Shown: positions 27,390 to 40,800 of the stretch, one piece after another
Layout of the letters: every line of letters starts with the position of its first letter
How positions within the stretch are numbered: position 1 is the first letter of the stretch
DNA from: Moniliella sp. 'wahieum'
Lineage: Eukaryota
Assembly: GCA_003971905.1 (NCBI GenBank)
Contig: RSEE01000018.1
Coordinates: 496,001-560,000, forward strand
Length of the DNA: 64,000 nucleotides
Direction of reading: 5' to 3'
Program-made: the position numbers and the translations under genes
The notes under the pieces: model-generated
Databases searched by the model: none
What the model was told of the DNA's origin: nothing
The model's input: the letters and a program-made list of their open reading frames with translations, nothing else

Positions 27390-28272
27390 GGCAGGCGGAG
27401 GCGAAACGCAGTGCGCCAGTCTTGCGTGGTGGATCGCCATCAGGTCACTCCTTGCCACCGCTTTTGTGCGGGGGGCGCGTACAAGGGCCCTCCGACCCCC
27501 TTCCTTTGTCTCCAAAACACTGGCGTTGCCCGCCTAGCCCTATTAGCTTAGGATGGACAGCGTGACGAGGCGCAACCCCAGGATTCGGGCCAGTGTCGGA
27601 CTGCTGTCCACGGCACGATTTGTACCACACTCACCTCGGTCCACCGACCCCAATTTCAATCGGCCGGTCGGGTGGGGGAGGTGGTGTGGGGGGCGTCCTT
27701 GGCCCCCGCTGCTGACGCGGCAGATGGCAAGCGCAAACGAGCCGCCTGGCGCGTATGCATTGTTGGACCAATTTGGGGCACGCTTCTAGGCGTCACTTGC
27801 TTAGTACGTCACTGGGGTGCCACTTGGGTTCTCTTGCTTGCCCTGCTCGCGGCAGGGGAAGAGGAGACTGCCGGCTGTCAGGGCTACCGATTAAACAATC
27901 GTGTTCCCTATCGTTTCCGTCCCCAGACCGACTGCAACCAGCTGATGCACGTTAAACGTTAATCTAGGGTAGGGCCGACAACCTACCACCCGCTCCCAGC
28001 TGACAGCAATTACGATACGAATTCCTGTCCAGTGGACTATTGTATCCCAAAGGTTCTCCTGGGTTCCATTCATCGCGGGAAGTAGAGGGAGGCTGGGGAT
28101 ACCGTTGGCAGGCAAGCAGGGAGGTGGGAATCCAAGGAAGGAGAATAAAGGCCAAAGGGTGCGAAACAGGGAGGAGAAAGCAAGAACAAAACGATAGGCA
28201 AAGCGCGCGGGGACAAAAAAAATGGACGACAAACGGGATAGGAAAGAGGGCGAAGATTCTCGGGAGTAGACG

Positions 28273-30295
28273 TTAGCCTAGCACTGCTTGTCTCCGCTCA
28301 TAGCAGCCACGCCGCAGAAACAGCCACAGACCCAGGAGGGAGATCATGTGGCGCGGCAATGGGGCAACGACCACAGCTGGGTTGAGTTGTTGCTGCCGCC
28401 AGAATTGAGGCCGAGGTACCGTTGGAGGTGCTGCCCAACCGGTGCCGCGACCGCCGTTCGACGTCCGGAGCGCCGTCACGTTGACGCCACCGGTCGGCAT
28501 GATTGCCGAGGCTTGCTCCGAAACGGCAGCGAACTTGGCCGCTTGGTCCGTCACAAAGATTAGCGCGACACCGGGCGCAGGGACCGAGAGGAGCATTGTC
28601 CATTGTTGCATTTGGCCGTCTTGAGATCCTCGGTACCACCAGGGTACCGAGCGACCAGTAGCCAAACGTCTGGCCGGCCCAAGTGATGTTGTCATTGGAC
28701 TGCACGCTAGGCGCAGTAAGAATTTTGTAAGTCACGTTGGCTTGGGTCGGGGCAACTGGCACATTGGTGGTCCATGTATTAGCACCGGAGGGGTCGTTGA
28801 TCAGGTTGGTGAGAACAATGCGTTGGACGGTGTCGCCCTCGTAGATGGCGTACCCCGAGGCATCTGAGCGGGGAATCTGCAGGTCTTGTACGCGCGACTG
28901 GGCTCCGTTGGCGGAAGGGGCAAACGCTTCGGCGACAACCAACATGGAGTACATAACGGGGGTAGAAAAGTAGTGGTCTGACCCGGACCCATGGTCGAAT
29001 TGACAGTCACTTCGGAAAAGAGGTTGACCGCGGCGTTGGAAGCGCGGCTGTGGTAAAACGCACCGGAAAAGTTGTAGGCCGCCAGCTGCATCGCGGCATC
29101 CACTCCCCAGAGCGAGGCGGTAAACGTGTCGGAAACGCTAGCCACGCCATTGCACGAAGCAGTATTCGTTTCCGTCATGTACACAGGAATCCCGGCATCA
29201 ACGATCACTTGCCGATCCAAATGCATGGCCGACGCAAAGCCCACCGTATTGGGGTGGTAGAGGTAAAATCCGTGACCCTGGGCGGTGTAGTTGGCCGTGT
29301 TGCAGCCAGACTGTGGGTACCGCTGTTGGCCATAGGACCCCACACGATCCGAGTAGGTTTGGAGGAACCCTTGTGGCCCAGTAAAGTTGGAGTAATCCCA
29401 TTCGCTAAATGCATTGGGAGCAACAATCGACTGCTTGTGGGGCCAATTGGGGGTGACGTAGTTGTTGGTGTAGGTGGCAAACTCTTGTGCGTACTGGGCC
29501 ACGTTGTACATGGGGTCACGAACTCCCAGAGTGGGATACCGGTCGGGAGCATTGCCCACCATCAGGTATTTGACCGAATCACCAATAGCTCTGGAGCGCC
29601 TTGAGCTGCGCCCCTACGGTTGGCTCCGTATTGTTGATAAAGTTGAGCCCATACCAATAATCGACGGGCACACCCGTAGAAACATTCTTGAGCGACATGA
29701 AGAGCATATCGTCAAAGGTGAAGGTATTGTTGTTGTGATTGATAAGGGAGGTGGGAACACCGACCTGGCTCGGGCCAGAAAGGGTCCCGTTGACGGCTGC
29801 ACCTGGCGTGTGCTGGTTGGCAGAGCTCGACACAAAGCCAGAAGGAGTGGTGTTGAAGAAACCGCGATCTTGCGACGAGCCACCGAGACGGACGTTGACA
29901 TTTTCCCGGGCACGGGAGGAGATGGCGGCCAAGTAGCCAAGGAAGACAGAGTTAATCTTGTCTGGGCTCCGCCCAAGCACATAGTCGAGTGAGTTGAATT
30001 CGAACGAGAGACCCAAGAAGGAACCAGTGACGGGCACGGAGAGGTAGATGGTCTTGTTTTCGGCGTTGGTGCGGCTGATCGTGACGGCGGTGGCGCCAAT
30101 GGCCTGGTTGGGCGGACCGGGGGGACCCTCGGCGGTGGTGTTAACCTGGGGCACAGGGGCGCGCCTGAAGTGGACTGGCCGCTGGTCATGGCTGCCAGGG
30201 AGTTGGCGGGGATCAGCACCTGGAGCGCCGGCTCGTATGCGGCGGCGGGGTTGTTGGGGGCTGTAGCGCATCGAAGGCGCGCGCATCGAGGCCAT
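28273..30295 (-). CDS. Glycoside hydrolase family 79 (beta-glucuronidase/heparanase-like) with a substituted acid/base residue and a hydrophobic (GPI/TM-like) C-terminus
   Basis: FLGLSFE, NVRLGGSSQD, YWYGLNF, MVGNAPD at the NEP motif position, RYP, nucleophile MTETNTASCNG, VSDTFTASLWGVDAAMQ, YAIYE, LTAPSVQSNDNITWAGQTF and C-terminal ISLLGLWLFLRR. Start approximate. Confidence 0.85.
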
Positions 30296-33200
30296 GCTCG
30301 GGCCACTGGCCCAGCGCCGAGCCAATGGCGGCAGCGGCGAGCGCGAGGCGGCAGAGTCTGCGGCCCATCAGAGGAGAAGAGGGTGGCGGAGGTGGTGGCG
30401 GCGTGGCGAGGGCGGCGTGGTGAGGAGGGGGCAGGCTGCTGCCCAGCCACGCCAGACCAACCGCACACACGCCTGCTGTGCCGCGCGGCAGTGCAGATCG
30501 CCCCCGCGCACGGCGCCAGTGCCTGCTGCGAGTCGATCGCCGCCTCGGCTGTCACTGCCCTGCTGCGGCGCCCGCTGTTCGACGAACACGTGAACGCTTG
30601 CACGCTTGAACGTTTGAACGCAGCCGCTGAATTCGATGCGCCGATCGCCCCTCCTGCCGCCGCCCACCGGGCCGAGGTACTATGTACTCCACCCTCGCTT
30701 TTCCCAGGCCCCCAGAGTGGCTGGACCAAGTGCAAGAAGCTCTCCAAGCTTCAAGCTTCAAGCGTGGCTAGCCCAAGTCACGACAGCCCATAGCAAGTCA
30801 TCGAGCCCTCCCCGGCACCCTCCACCCGCAGCTCTCCGCCCTCTCTCTTGCCTGATATAGCATCTCCGAAATACCAAAACCCTGCAGGCACACACACAAC
30901 TGAATTAATAGAGCAAGGATAGACAAAGAGGAACAAGGTGGACGCCATGGAATACGGATGGTGGCTGTTCGTACCAGCAGCAACAGCCAGTACAGGAGCC
31001 AAGACGGAGGCCAAAGGCAAAGATTATGGCGGTCGAGCTGTCTCTGGTCCGTCGGGCCGGCCAACAAGATATTATGCTACTCTGCCAACATTGAGGGCAA
31101 GAGGGAACTATATTTGAAGAGTTCTGAAAAAAACGGGAAACGTGAGTCAGGAGAGAGGTCACTGCGCTATGCCATACACGGCAGGGACAGAGCTTGGGAA
31201 CCGAACCTGACCTGCCGTAGGTACGGCGAAGTGTGTGGCGCTACAAGGGACCGCAAGAATGGGCGGGCTACGGTGGTCCGAAAGGAGTTCACCAGGCATA
31301 GCGGAAAAGTATGTTGTCTGGCTTCAATGGGTGGTGTGAGGGGAAGGGGATCACTGCCGCGCTAAGGGAAGTGACAGGAGTAGATATCAGAGACGGTGAG
31401 GGTGGAGGCTCTTTGCGGGGAGGAGTGGACAAGGGAAAGATGAGATCGCCGCCTTGGCTGAAGAGAAAGAAAATCGTTTTTGCTCAACCAAGGGGGGTCG
31501 GTTTTCTGGCATTAGATGTGGCAGAAAGCTCGTAAGAGAGACAGAGAGGTGTGGTCATGCAGGTCATGAGGGGATCATTTCAGCTTAATTGTATTATAGG
31601 GCTCAAGGATATCCAGACCACCCGCATCCCCATGCGTAATATCCCATACGTGTGGCCTGCTGGTTGGCAGATTGAAGGGCCTTCAGGTTGCGGCAGGTTG
31701 ACTTACCCCCCCCCCCTCCCAATTGGGGGGCAACAGGGGTCTGAGGGAGGTGTGGATGTGCAAAGGCCACATCACCGCCTTGGATCCAAATGGAGCTGAT
31801 TCTCAGACTTCACAAGTTAGAAAACAAGGAGACGGGAGCATCAGGGGAAACGAGTATAGCCTGCATACGGTCAGATTCGACGTGCCCATAGATCCTGTTT
31901 GGTCACCTCATCGTCCTGGTGAAGGGCCAAAAGATTGACTTAAGTGCGACATCAATTTCGTGATGACATCTCTGTGCTGTAGGATGGGTCGGATATAGCA
32001 GTAGACCGGGGGGGGTGGCATAAGCTGCAAGGTACAGTGGTGGGCGACGGCCAGTCTTGTCTCCTCAAGCAGGCGCAAGTCGAGTTCAGCGCGTCGAGTT
32101 CAGCGCAACCTCGTCGTCCAATTGGCCGCCCAGAGGGTGGTGGTGGGTTGGCGTCGTCAGGAGGCGGGATTGGGCGTCTGTGTACGTTCGTGAGGGACGA
32201 GAGGAGACGGATCGCCCGGAAGAGCGCGGTAAAAAAACATGGTGCAGGGTACTAGTGGGATACCAAATGGGGTGGGGGTGTGGAGGGGAAGAGATGAAGA
32301 TGTGGAAGTGGTATATGGGGCCAAGTGTGGAATGAATGTTGGTAAGGCCAGGCTGGGGTAATCTTATGCGGCAGCCGCTGCCAGAGCGGGATGGAGCGTT
32401 CGGCTGCGGGAGTCGGCTGGCTTCGCTGCGACACTCTTGCCATTCAATATTCAATGCTCACGTGCTCAACACTGCCCCTGCGCCTGCTCGTGACCACCCC
32501 CCCTACAACTGAGCAATGCAACTTTGCCGTTGCTCAACCGTTTTTACATTTCAGCTCTTCCGTAGGTATCGCTAGTTCGCGACTGCTGGAGTGACTGTAT
32601 CTGACTACTGCTAATAGTCAACGCGACTCAGGTAAAAATAATGAGAAGTACACATGTGTGCTCTCTGACAAACTGCTTCTTTGTTGGGTAACACGCTTGT
32701 TCACCACCACGAAACGCCAGTAGTCGCTACCAACGGAAGGATAACTCACTATTTTGTGAGTATATCATGATCGAGATGGAGAGATCGATGACCACACGTC
32801 TTTGTTTTTTGTCTTCACCGTCGCCCGCCCCCCCGAAAGTGGCGAAAATGAGTCTTTCAGTTGCCGTCGATCAAATGCCGTCACAATCGATATATGTTCT
32901 CTTCTCTCTTTCGTATTTGACAGCTTTGATGAGAAACCCAACACATACAACGCAAAGTCTTTGTATACATGACCACACCACAACAGTTGACAACGTTTTG
33001 ACAGCTATACGCCTCTCCGACTATACTCAATGTTGAGCAAAAAATGAGAACGAAGAAAAGAAGATAACTGTGGCGTTTTGGAACACATGTCACAGAAAAG
33101 CGCCAGAAAAGTTCGCGGGACCGCAGGAGAACGGGCGGAGATGAAAAGGAAGGGAAAAGGGAGCTTGTTTTCTGCTCATGTCAATAAGTGCGTTGTCACT

Positions 33201-33588
33201 ACATGCCATTGACATAATGGTGAGAGACAAAAAGACAAGAGGGAAAGCGGGTGGAGTATACACAAACAAGCGAGAGAAAAACACAACAGGGGAAGTAAAT
33301 ACACTTTCGTGTAATCTCGAGGCCACGAACGCGGGCGTGAGAAAGGTTGAGACGAGAGGCAACCCGTATAATACGGGAGCGGGGGAGGGAAGAGGGAAGA
33401 GGGAAGAGGGAAGAGTAAATATACTGATACGAAAAAGTCGTTGGAAGGAAATATAAAAGGGATCGAGAAGTTGTAACAGTTGAGAAGAATGACGGCCTCA
33501 ACGGTGAGGATAAATATCCTTACCGGCACCAACCGTGGTAAGGAAAAGAGGGACTCGATAAGAGCAATTCACCTCTTATCGTGCTTTT

Positions 33589-35017
33589 TTAATACGGCAG
33601 CCCACGCCGAATTTCGGACGAGCGGCTGAGCTCGTCTTGCAACGTCTGGAAGCGAACGCGGGCCATATGGCACTCGTACTCCAGCGTCGACACCTTGTCA
33701 CGCAAGCTCGCATTCTCCTCTCTCAAGCGCTGCACGTCTAGGCCATTGTGCATCGCTTCCAGTTCTTGGTTGCGAAGGCGGAGAGCGTCCAGCTGCCGCT
33801 TGCATGTCCCGCCATTGCTCTGCCTTGTGTAGGCGGGTGGCGCCGAGCAGCCAAGGTGTTGCGGATCGCTGGGCTTCCGACTCGTCGACCGTTTCGTCTG
33901 ACTTGTACTTGCGCTTCGACCCGCGTTTGAGCTGCATACCGCCTTCGCCGTGTCGGACAGGTCCCCATCCTTACCCTTCATCTGGGTTGGAAGGCGCCTT
34001 AAACATCTTGCGCGCGGCGGGATAGGCGCGTCAATCTGGGTCAGCTTGGCTGGGTCTTTGGGGATCGGTCGCTTGCGGCGTTCATGAATCGTTCTCGTTA
34101 CAATGTCACCAACCGTAACTGGTCCGCTCGATTGAGCGTCGACCGCTTACCGCCTCGCTGCGAGTTCGTGCCACCTTCACTCCGTGCCGCGGTGGTCTTC
34201 TTGGGGCTAGTCGTGCGCGCCAGCGCGCCGGTCCCATGAACGGTGGTGTCCGTGGCGAGTGAGGCAGCACCCGAGGTGTCGTTGGAGCGACGGGTTGTGC
34301 TGCTGGCGGTGCCAAAGCTCGCCCTGCTTAGCCCTGATCCTGGGCCCATGCTCCTCTGACGAATAGGGACGGCCATCCAAGGTGGAATGAGAGGAACGGT
34401 GGCCTAGCATCCCGTCCAAAGGGGGACGAGGATACACTGTCGCGGACTCGGCCATTAAGTTGGACGTGTTGGCACCAGAGGGAATCATATCTGACACGGG
34501 GGGGGGGGCAGCGAGACAAAGTGTCAATAAGGGAAAGCCGAACACAAAGAGGAATAAATCCACGTACCCCCTTGATTCATGTCCATATGGTTCCAAGATG
34601 ATCCTTGAGGATGGCCAGCCGCCGTCGCGTCTGGAGGTGGTGGCGGAGCCGTCACGGTAAGGCCGCTTGCTTCGCCCGTTTGAGCAAACGAGGGGAGTTG
34701 GGGTTGAATCAAGAGCCGACCGTCTTGACCAACGGGCATCTGGGTGCCCGCGTAGTGAGTGCCAGGGTCAAAGTACCCGGTACGTCCTGATGATGAGTAG
34801 TGAGGCATGCCATAGGAGGCGAAATGAGCAGGGGCAGGCAACGGAGACTGCGGCAGCGGCGGTGGGCGCGCCACGCTAGGGTATCCAAACCGGCGATGGT
34901 CTTCGGTCATGACTGCGCCGGCAGTAGTAGCATCGGGCCCGGCACATCGGCCTGGGCGGTAGGTTCGCTGTCGTAACGCATGCCGGGGGGGTTGCGATGG
35001 AAGGTATTGGTGGGCAT
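33589..35017 (-). CDS. bZIP transcription factor with a GCN4/CPC1-like basic region
   Basis: Basic motif RNTLAARR(T)RLHK (around 33820-33865, one frameshift) followed by the heptad coil RQLDALRLRNQELE..RLREENASLRDKVSTLE. Pro/Ser-rich N-terminus. Probable intron near 34490-34567 (GTACGT..CAG on the minus strand). Confidence 0.7.
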
Positions 35018-37694
35018 CAATGATGGGGGGGAGGTGCAGAGGAGCGAAGCCAAGAAGCGGCGAAGAGGAGACGGGGGGGGGGCAGCGGTAATAAGGCAGC
35101 CCAGCACCTGGTGGTGGAGAGGCGCTACGCGGAGGTGGGCAGATGAGCGGGTGGGCGCAGTGCTCGCTTCACGGGTAGGCAACCGTCGCAAATGCTTCTT
35201 GTGGTGATATGGGGTTGCCAGGGGGGAGAAACTGCGGTGCGATGGCAATGGGACGGCCCGTTTAACCGCGTGCAACTCTTTAAGCGAGCACTGGCGGGTG
35301 GTGGCGATGTTGCTGCAGCCCAGATTCAAGCCGACGCGCTCCCCAACCAAGCAGCTGGACATGTCCCGGCGAGTGTCCGCTAGTCACTAGCCACGGTGTG
35401 TGCTACAAGAGGCACTCTGTGTGTCTTGGAGCCGAGCAAAGGGACGGGTGACACGTGACGGATGAGTGTGATGCTGTTGAAGAAGACGCGTGAGACGGAA
35501 GGCCCTGGGCGATGGGAAGTTGCATGTCTGCAACCGGGGTCTGCCCTCGTGTCCCATGTCCCCACCCCACCCGCGGAAAGCGGAGGGCCACTGGCTCAGA
35601 CTGGCCGCTGGGTTGCCAGCAAGCCCGCCAACCAGCTGCGGGAGGATGCTTTCCGTCCGCAGATGTCACATGTCACAGGCTGACGCTTCCCTCCCCAACA
35701 ATGATCGTTATGACCAACACACGCCCCTCCGTTTCAGTGAAGCACGATAAGCTTAAAGCTTAAAGCTTACGCTTATAAGCTCACCAGCTGATTGGGCACC
35801 ACCCCTGCGTGAGTTATTGGTGTACACCACCATCGTACTACTGAGCAACAACTGGCCGCGTGCAATGGCAGTATCCACCTTCGTAGATCTTACTGGCAAA
35901 GATGGACCCTCGAGGACCGCGCACGGGTGAGAGAGTGAACATCAAACGGTTTCCCCAACCATCCGGTTTCGGCGAAAGGTCTCGGCTACCTGGAACTGGA
36001 TCAGTACCATCAATAATATACTCAGTTCCGCAGGTCTCAGTCCTCTTCAGTCCCTCAGGCCTCGGGTCCTTAGGACTGAGCCCCAGGCCTCCGTGCTCAA
36101 TATTCAGAGCTCAGTACACGCAGTACTCAGTACCCATAATGCAGTGCTCAGTACCTATTGCTCAGTACCAGTACTCAATACGCAATACTGAACACGGATG
36201 AGTACTATGACTGAGAGTTCACACGTTCACAGGGCCTCTCCATCAGGCCGCAGGGCCCTTAGTACCCTCATTATTCAATTCAGTATACCCTTCAGCACCT
36301 CAAAAGCCGGATGAAGCACACGCCCCCCAGTGTTGATTGGTCTTATTACAAGACATGCAGACGGCCGTGTCTCCGTTGCATCCGTGGGGTGTGTCCGAGG
36401 CGATGGAGAATGGCAGCATACTGGCGGCTACAGCGACTGCGACACGCTGCGCTACGCTTCCTTCCCCACGATAGCTCTCCCGCATCAGCGCGCCATCAGC
36501 CATCAGCGCATCAGCTGCAAGACGAACCGTGATCGATGAGTGCTGCAGTGCCTTCAGCCCAACGGTCAGATGATCTGCTTTCACTTTTCCGCTCCGTCTG
36601 AGCCCTGCGGCTCCGCGAGACATCACACATCATGCATCGTTGCATCACATCCCACTGTGCGTGGATCTGTGGGCATGTAAGACGGGCAGGGGGGCAGCAA
36701 CACACGCAGGCCACCACTGAGGTCGAGCGCTGAGCCCCCCGAGGCGTATCGTGCAGTGGAAATTAGTGCCGCATTTTCCCGGTTCACCACTTCAGCCTGG
36801 CGATCGGAGACCCCCTCCTTCTCCCTCCGTCGCTGAAAGCGGTCTTGTTGGTGACCAATTTGCGTTCAGGAGATGCACCAACTCCCGATCCAGATGCAGA
36901 CACCCGCCACAACACGTCCCACGCCCACGCTGTGGTGAATAAGGCCGAGGATCGATGGCGATGAGAGACCACATCTCTCTGTGGAATTAGCGCAACCGAC
37001 GAATCCTCTTCGGTCTCCGGCACCGCGCAGCAGGGCTTACAGCTTGTATACCTGCAAAATGTAATCCTGAATCGATAATCAGGGAGGCGCAATGTGAGTT
37101 CGAAAGGGTGTGAGGCCTGTGAATGTGAGGGCGCGCGCGTTAGCTGTATCCATGTAGTTACTAGTTTTTACTGCGTTATGACTAAGAAAAGTACTCGCCA
37201 AGGGCCTGTGTACTAGTCCAAATTAATATGACCCATCGTATATGCAACGAATCTTAATCGCTCACTTGGATACTGTAAGAGTCGGGCGATACGAGTGAAG
37301 CCAAGTACCAAGGGAGGCAGAGGATGCACCGGTAGGGGAAAGGAGAGCGATTAGCGCTTAGCTAAGAGGACTGTGACAGATACTAACTCGTGACTAGTGA
37401 CTAATGACTAGTGAGCCCATAATCACAGGCGCCAACGCCGGCGCATATCGCAATGCGTGTTTTGTGTATCGCGCGCCAGCGTCCATGATACAGCCAATCG
37501 CGGGAAATGTCAAATTGTATTTGGGTGTCTCAGTTGGTTGAGTGACGATTTGTGCTAGAGGGTAGTGCTAGGGTTCACCTGCACTCTCCAATGGATCGGT
37601 GATGCTGGCTGGTTCGGGTGATTCGCCCCTGGCGCGGTCTGCGCCAGGCCTTTGTCTGTTCCGACTTGCTTGCTTGGCTTATCTTCTTCCCTTC

Positions 37695-37846
37695 AGCTTG
37701 CTTGAAGGACTTGTGGCTGACTGCCCTGCCTTCTCGTACGCCTTGAAGGTGCGCCTCTGGTTTCCTTGTTCTTGTGTTCTCCTTCGCAATGGAGCTTGCT
37801 TGAAGGACTTGTGGCTGACTGCCCTGCCTTCTCGTACGCCTTGAAG
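37695..37846. repeat. Identical 54-bp direct repeat (37695-37748 and 37793-37846) within a probable minus-strand ORF
   Basis: AGCTTGCTTGAAGGACTTGTGGCTGACTGCCCTGCCTTCTCGTACGCCTTGAAG occurs twice with period 98. On the minus strand it encodes LQGVREGRAVSHKSFKQA. Confidence 0.9.
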
Positions 37847-40800
37847 CTCATCTCTCGTGCTGCCCATAGCGTTTCCTAGCTGCAGTCTAGCAATTTGGGC
37901 CGCTGCAGCGTGCATGGCGGTCATTTCGCTCGCCAAAATGGATTTTTTGTCTTTCGAAACGGCCATATTTTGAAACTTATACCGCCTCGTGCTTCTACTG
38001 CTTGTGTCACCCATTCACAGCAAATACTCTCGTCGCCATCATGCATCATCGCTCATCTCACTAGCATATGCACTCTGCTCCAGCTGATGCCCACTCGAAT
38101 CCCTCCCAGCTCGTCCCATTCTCCTTTTGGCCACCACCATTGACCCTACCACAAGGACTAGTCCTTCCGTCTTTGGGTCACAGCGTGCGGCTAGGTCGTT
38201 TCATTCCTCATCATCTTCGCCCCCTTCCGCATCAACGTCTTCGTCTTCGCTGCTATCCGACAGGGACTGTTCTCCCCCTTGCTCATACTCATGCACAGAG
38301 CTTTCTGCTTCTTCGTCACTGGATGTTTCGTGCAAAATAGGGGTAGTCCGATTGGCGGCCGCGTTCCCTTTCCCGTGCCGGCGCGATTGGTGGTGTTTCC
38401 TGAGGCCTTTTCATGTCCCGCGGCATCCTTCCTTCGTGCGGCATTCTTGCCTGTCGCCCTCGTGCCTCGCGGTTTTTGGGTCGGCGTCCCCCCAAGTCTA
38501 CGGGAGACGCTTCGGATGAGACGTTCCCGATCTTGAATCTGCATTGGCTTGGACAAGTACAGCGACATTCAGGGTCGGGATTTGGGTGGGGTCTTCATTT
38601 GGAACTCAACAAGAATGTGGTTCTTGTTTGTTCTTGGATGATGGGCAGTGGGTACTGTGAAGGGTTACACTCCTTCAGAGTGTCCGATTAGTATTGTTTT
38701 GCCCTGTCCTTCGAGCTTGCAGTGCTGATTGCAGGCATGGGCCAGTCCGAGCACCTTGGACAGCTGGCGGATCCCGTTCAATGACCTTTATGTTCCACCC
38801 GTGCTGCCACAAGTTGAACTCCCGATCGGTGTACCAACCTGAGGGGATGGCATGCCGTTGAGAGTGAAAAGCTGACTCTGTCCTGACTGTATATCAGGTG
38901 TCTGCCACCCTAATAATTGTCCTCGCTCTCAGGCATTGCACGTTGCCCTGACTCGAGTGGGACGAAATGCTTCTTTTTCTTGTTGGCCTACTGCAAAAGG
39001 CTACCATTTCGATGCTGCGCCCACTTGTTTTCAAGGTCACTTCAACCTGCGACATCAACTTTTTGTCCCCCGTTCCCTTCTTCAGTGTCGACCCATTTTT
39101 GAAAGCTCGTTCGACTTCTTAAAGGATACCTTTGACTTACTTTTGAATTAGTGATGATGCGTTAAAAGACATGGGTGCATTGGGTTGGATGGTGTTGTGG
39201 CGGAGAAGACGAGTAGTGATCGCGGTGTGCGTAAAAGGAGGCACGGAGGCGCGGGGCTTCGCATGGCCCTTGGGTGGCAATGGGCAGGGTGAAGGACAAA
39301 TCTGGGTAATGGGCCTGCTAACACAAGAGGTGGAGCACATGGTGTTGAGATGGAGACTGACTTGTGCTTTTCGGTAAGTTCCTGGTGCTTGGGGCGGGCA
39401 TGGAGGAGATCCAAAACGATTGAGCACCACAAGTGCTGAACACATTGAACGCAAGGGTGGGGCCCAACAACCACATTGCACCAATCAACTTCTGAAGGAT
39501 CTGAGATCTGAAGCCCTAGGCCCTATGATTGAAGCAATTGTTCAAATCTCGAACGTGGGCACGAGCTGGCTGCAACCAAGTCGGCCGATCTGATGACTCA
39601 AGATACACTGCCCCCCGGCCGGATGGCCGACGAAGTCGGATTACTCATCATGCCGATCATGTTACTCCACACTGCCCCTGCGCCGGGTGTTGGCTTGGTT
39701 GCTCACAACACTGTAAGCCGGTACGAGGGCAGTGTACACTGCTTTTGCTGCCAGTATCCGGTGGACTACAAATGCCGCGCGCGCGTCGATGCGTCTGTTT
39801 CCCCACCCCCACCAACTCCTTGCACCCTGGTTCCTTCTACCCGCTTCCTGCCTATTATCTCCTCTCAGGTTTGCCCCTCCTCCTCTCCTCCTCTCCTCCT
39901 CTCCTCCCTTGCCCCCCCCCCCCTCCCCCTCCCCCTTCTCCCCTTTCCGCAGTGCCACTGGTCAACTGACACCAGCCTGGGCTTGTCAGTCCCTGGCCAA
40001 CCTTGTCTTGACAGATCGTCGAAGGTCAACTTGTCGCCCTGGGCTACGTGCGCAACATTCTGGCCCCTCGTGGTTGTCAAGGACGCCTCTTCCTCATCTG
40101 TTTGTGTCTCCATCGGTTCGCATCTCACCCTGATAACTGACTATGTGCCCTTTTCCTGCTTAGAATGGCTCTATTTCCATTTGGCGCCCATGCGATATGA
40201 TCGCCTCGCCTCCATCAAGCCTTGAATGACCTACGCCTTTCCTTCTTGGTACGTGATATACTTGATGCAGTGCTCTGACCAGCTATCCTCAGTTTGATTG
40301 CCCATCTCTAGCATCTTATTGCTTGTCGCTTGTGCTGTTCTCGGTATTTATGTTGGGTACGTTACTCTGCCCTATCCTCTTGCCATCTATCATCCCCACT
40401 AACACACTTTCAGCAGGTCTGCTAGCTGCATGGTCAGCGCTTTGACTACCCGGGGTTCAAGATCTATGGCAACCATCAGAGCTTCCGTGCGTCATTAAGC
40501 AAGAGATCGGCGAGAACCCACTTGACTATTGCCTGTACTTGTTCTCCAAGCATGCAACTGTTATGCGCGCCAATCAAGTGTGGTCGGCTGGTTCAAGGCG
40601 TTACAGGCAGCCAGCATCAAGTACCAACCCAAGCGACGACTCGTCTCATGTGGGCCCGAGGACATGCCTACTTTCCTGTCCACCATCTCTCCGTTTTCGA
40701 TTCTCGCTAACCTGGTCCTGCCCATACTAACGTGCATCTCATCAGGCCCAGCGTTACCGATCCTTCATGGTTACTGTTTTCAGGCTCGCCGCAATGCATT

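Noticed and set aside
34907..35400. GCN4-style regulatory uORFs upstream of the bZIP gene
   Set aside because: The short ORF ending at 34907 joins the main frame with one base correction (PDATTAGAVMTED), and no clear set of short uORFs is visible.
37695..37846. Repeat-spacer-repeat pattern as a CRISPR array
   Set aside because: Only two 54-bp copies, in a eukaryotic context with no cas genes. It is better explained as an intragenic duplication.
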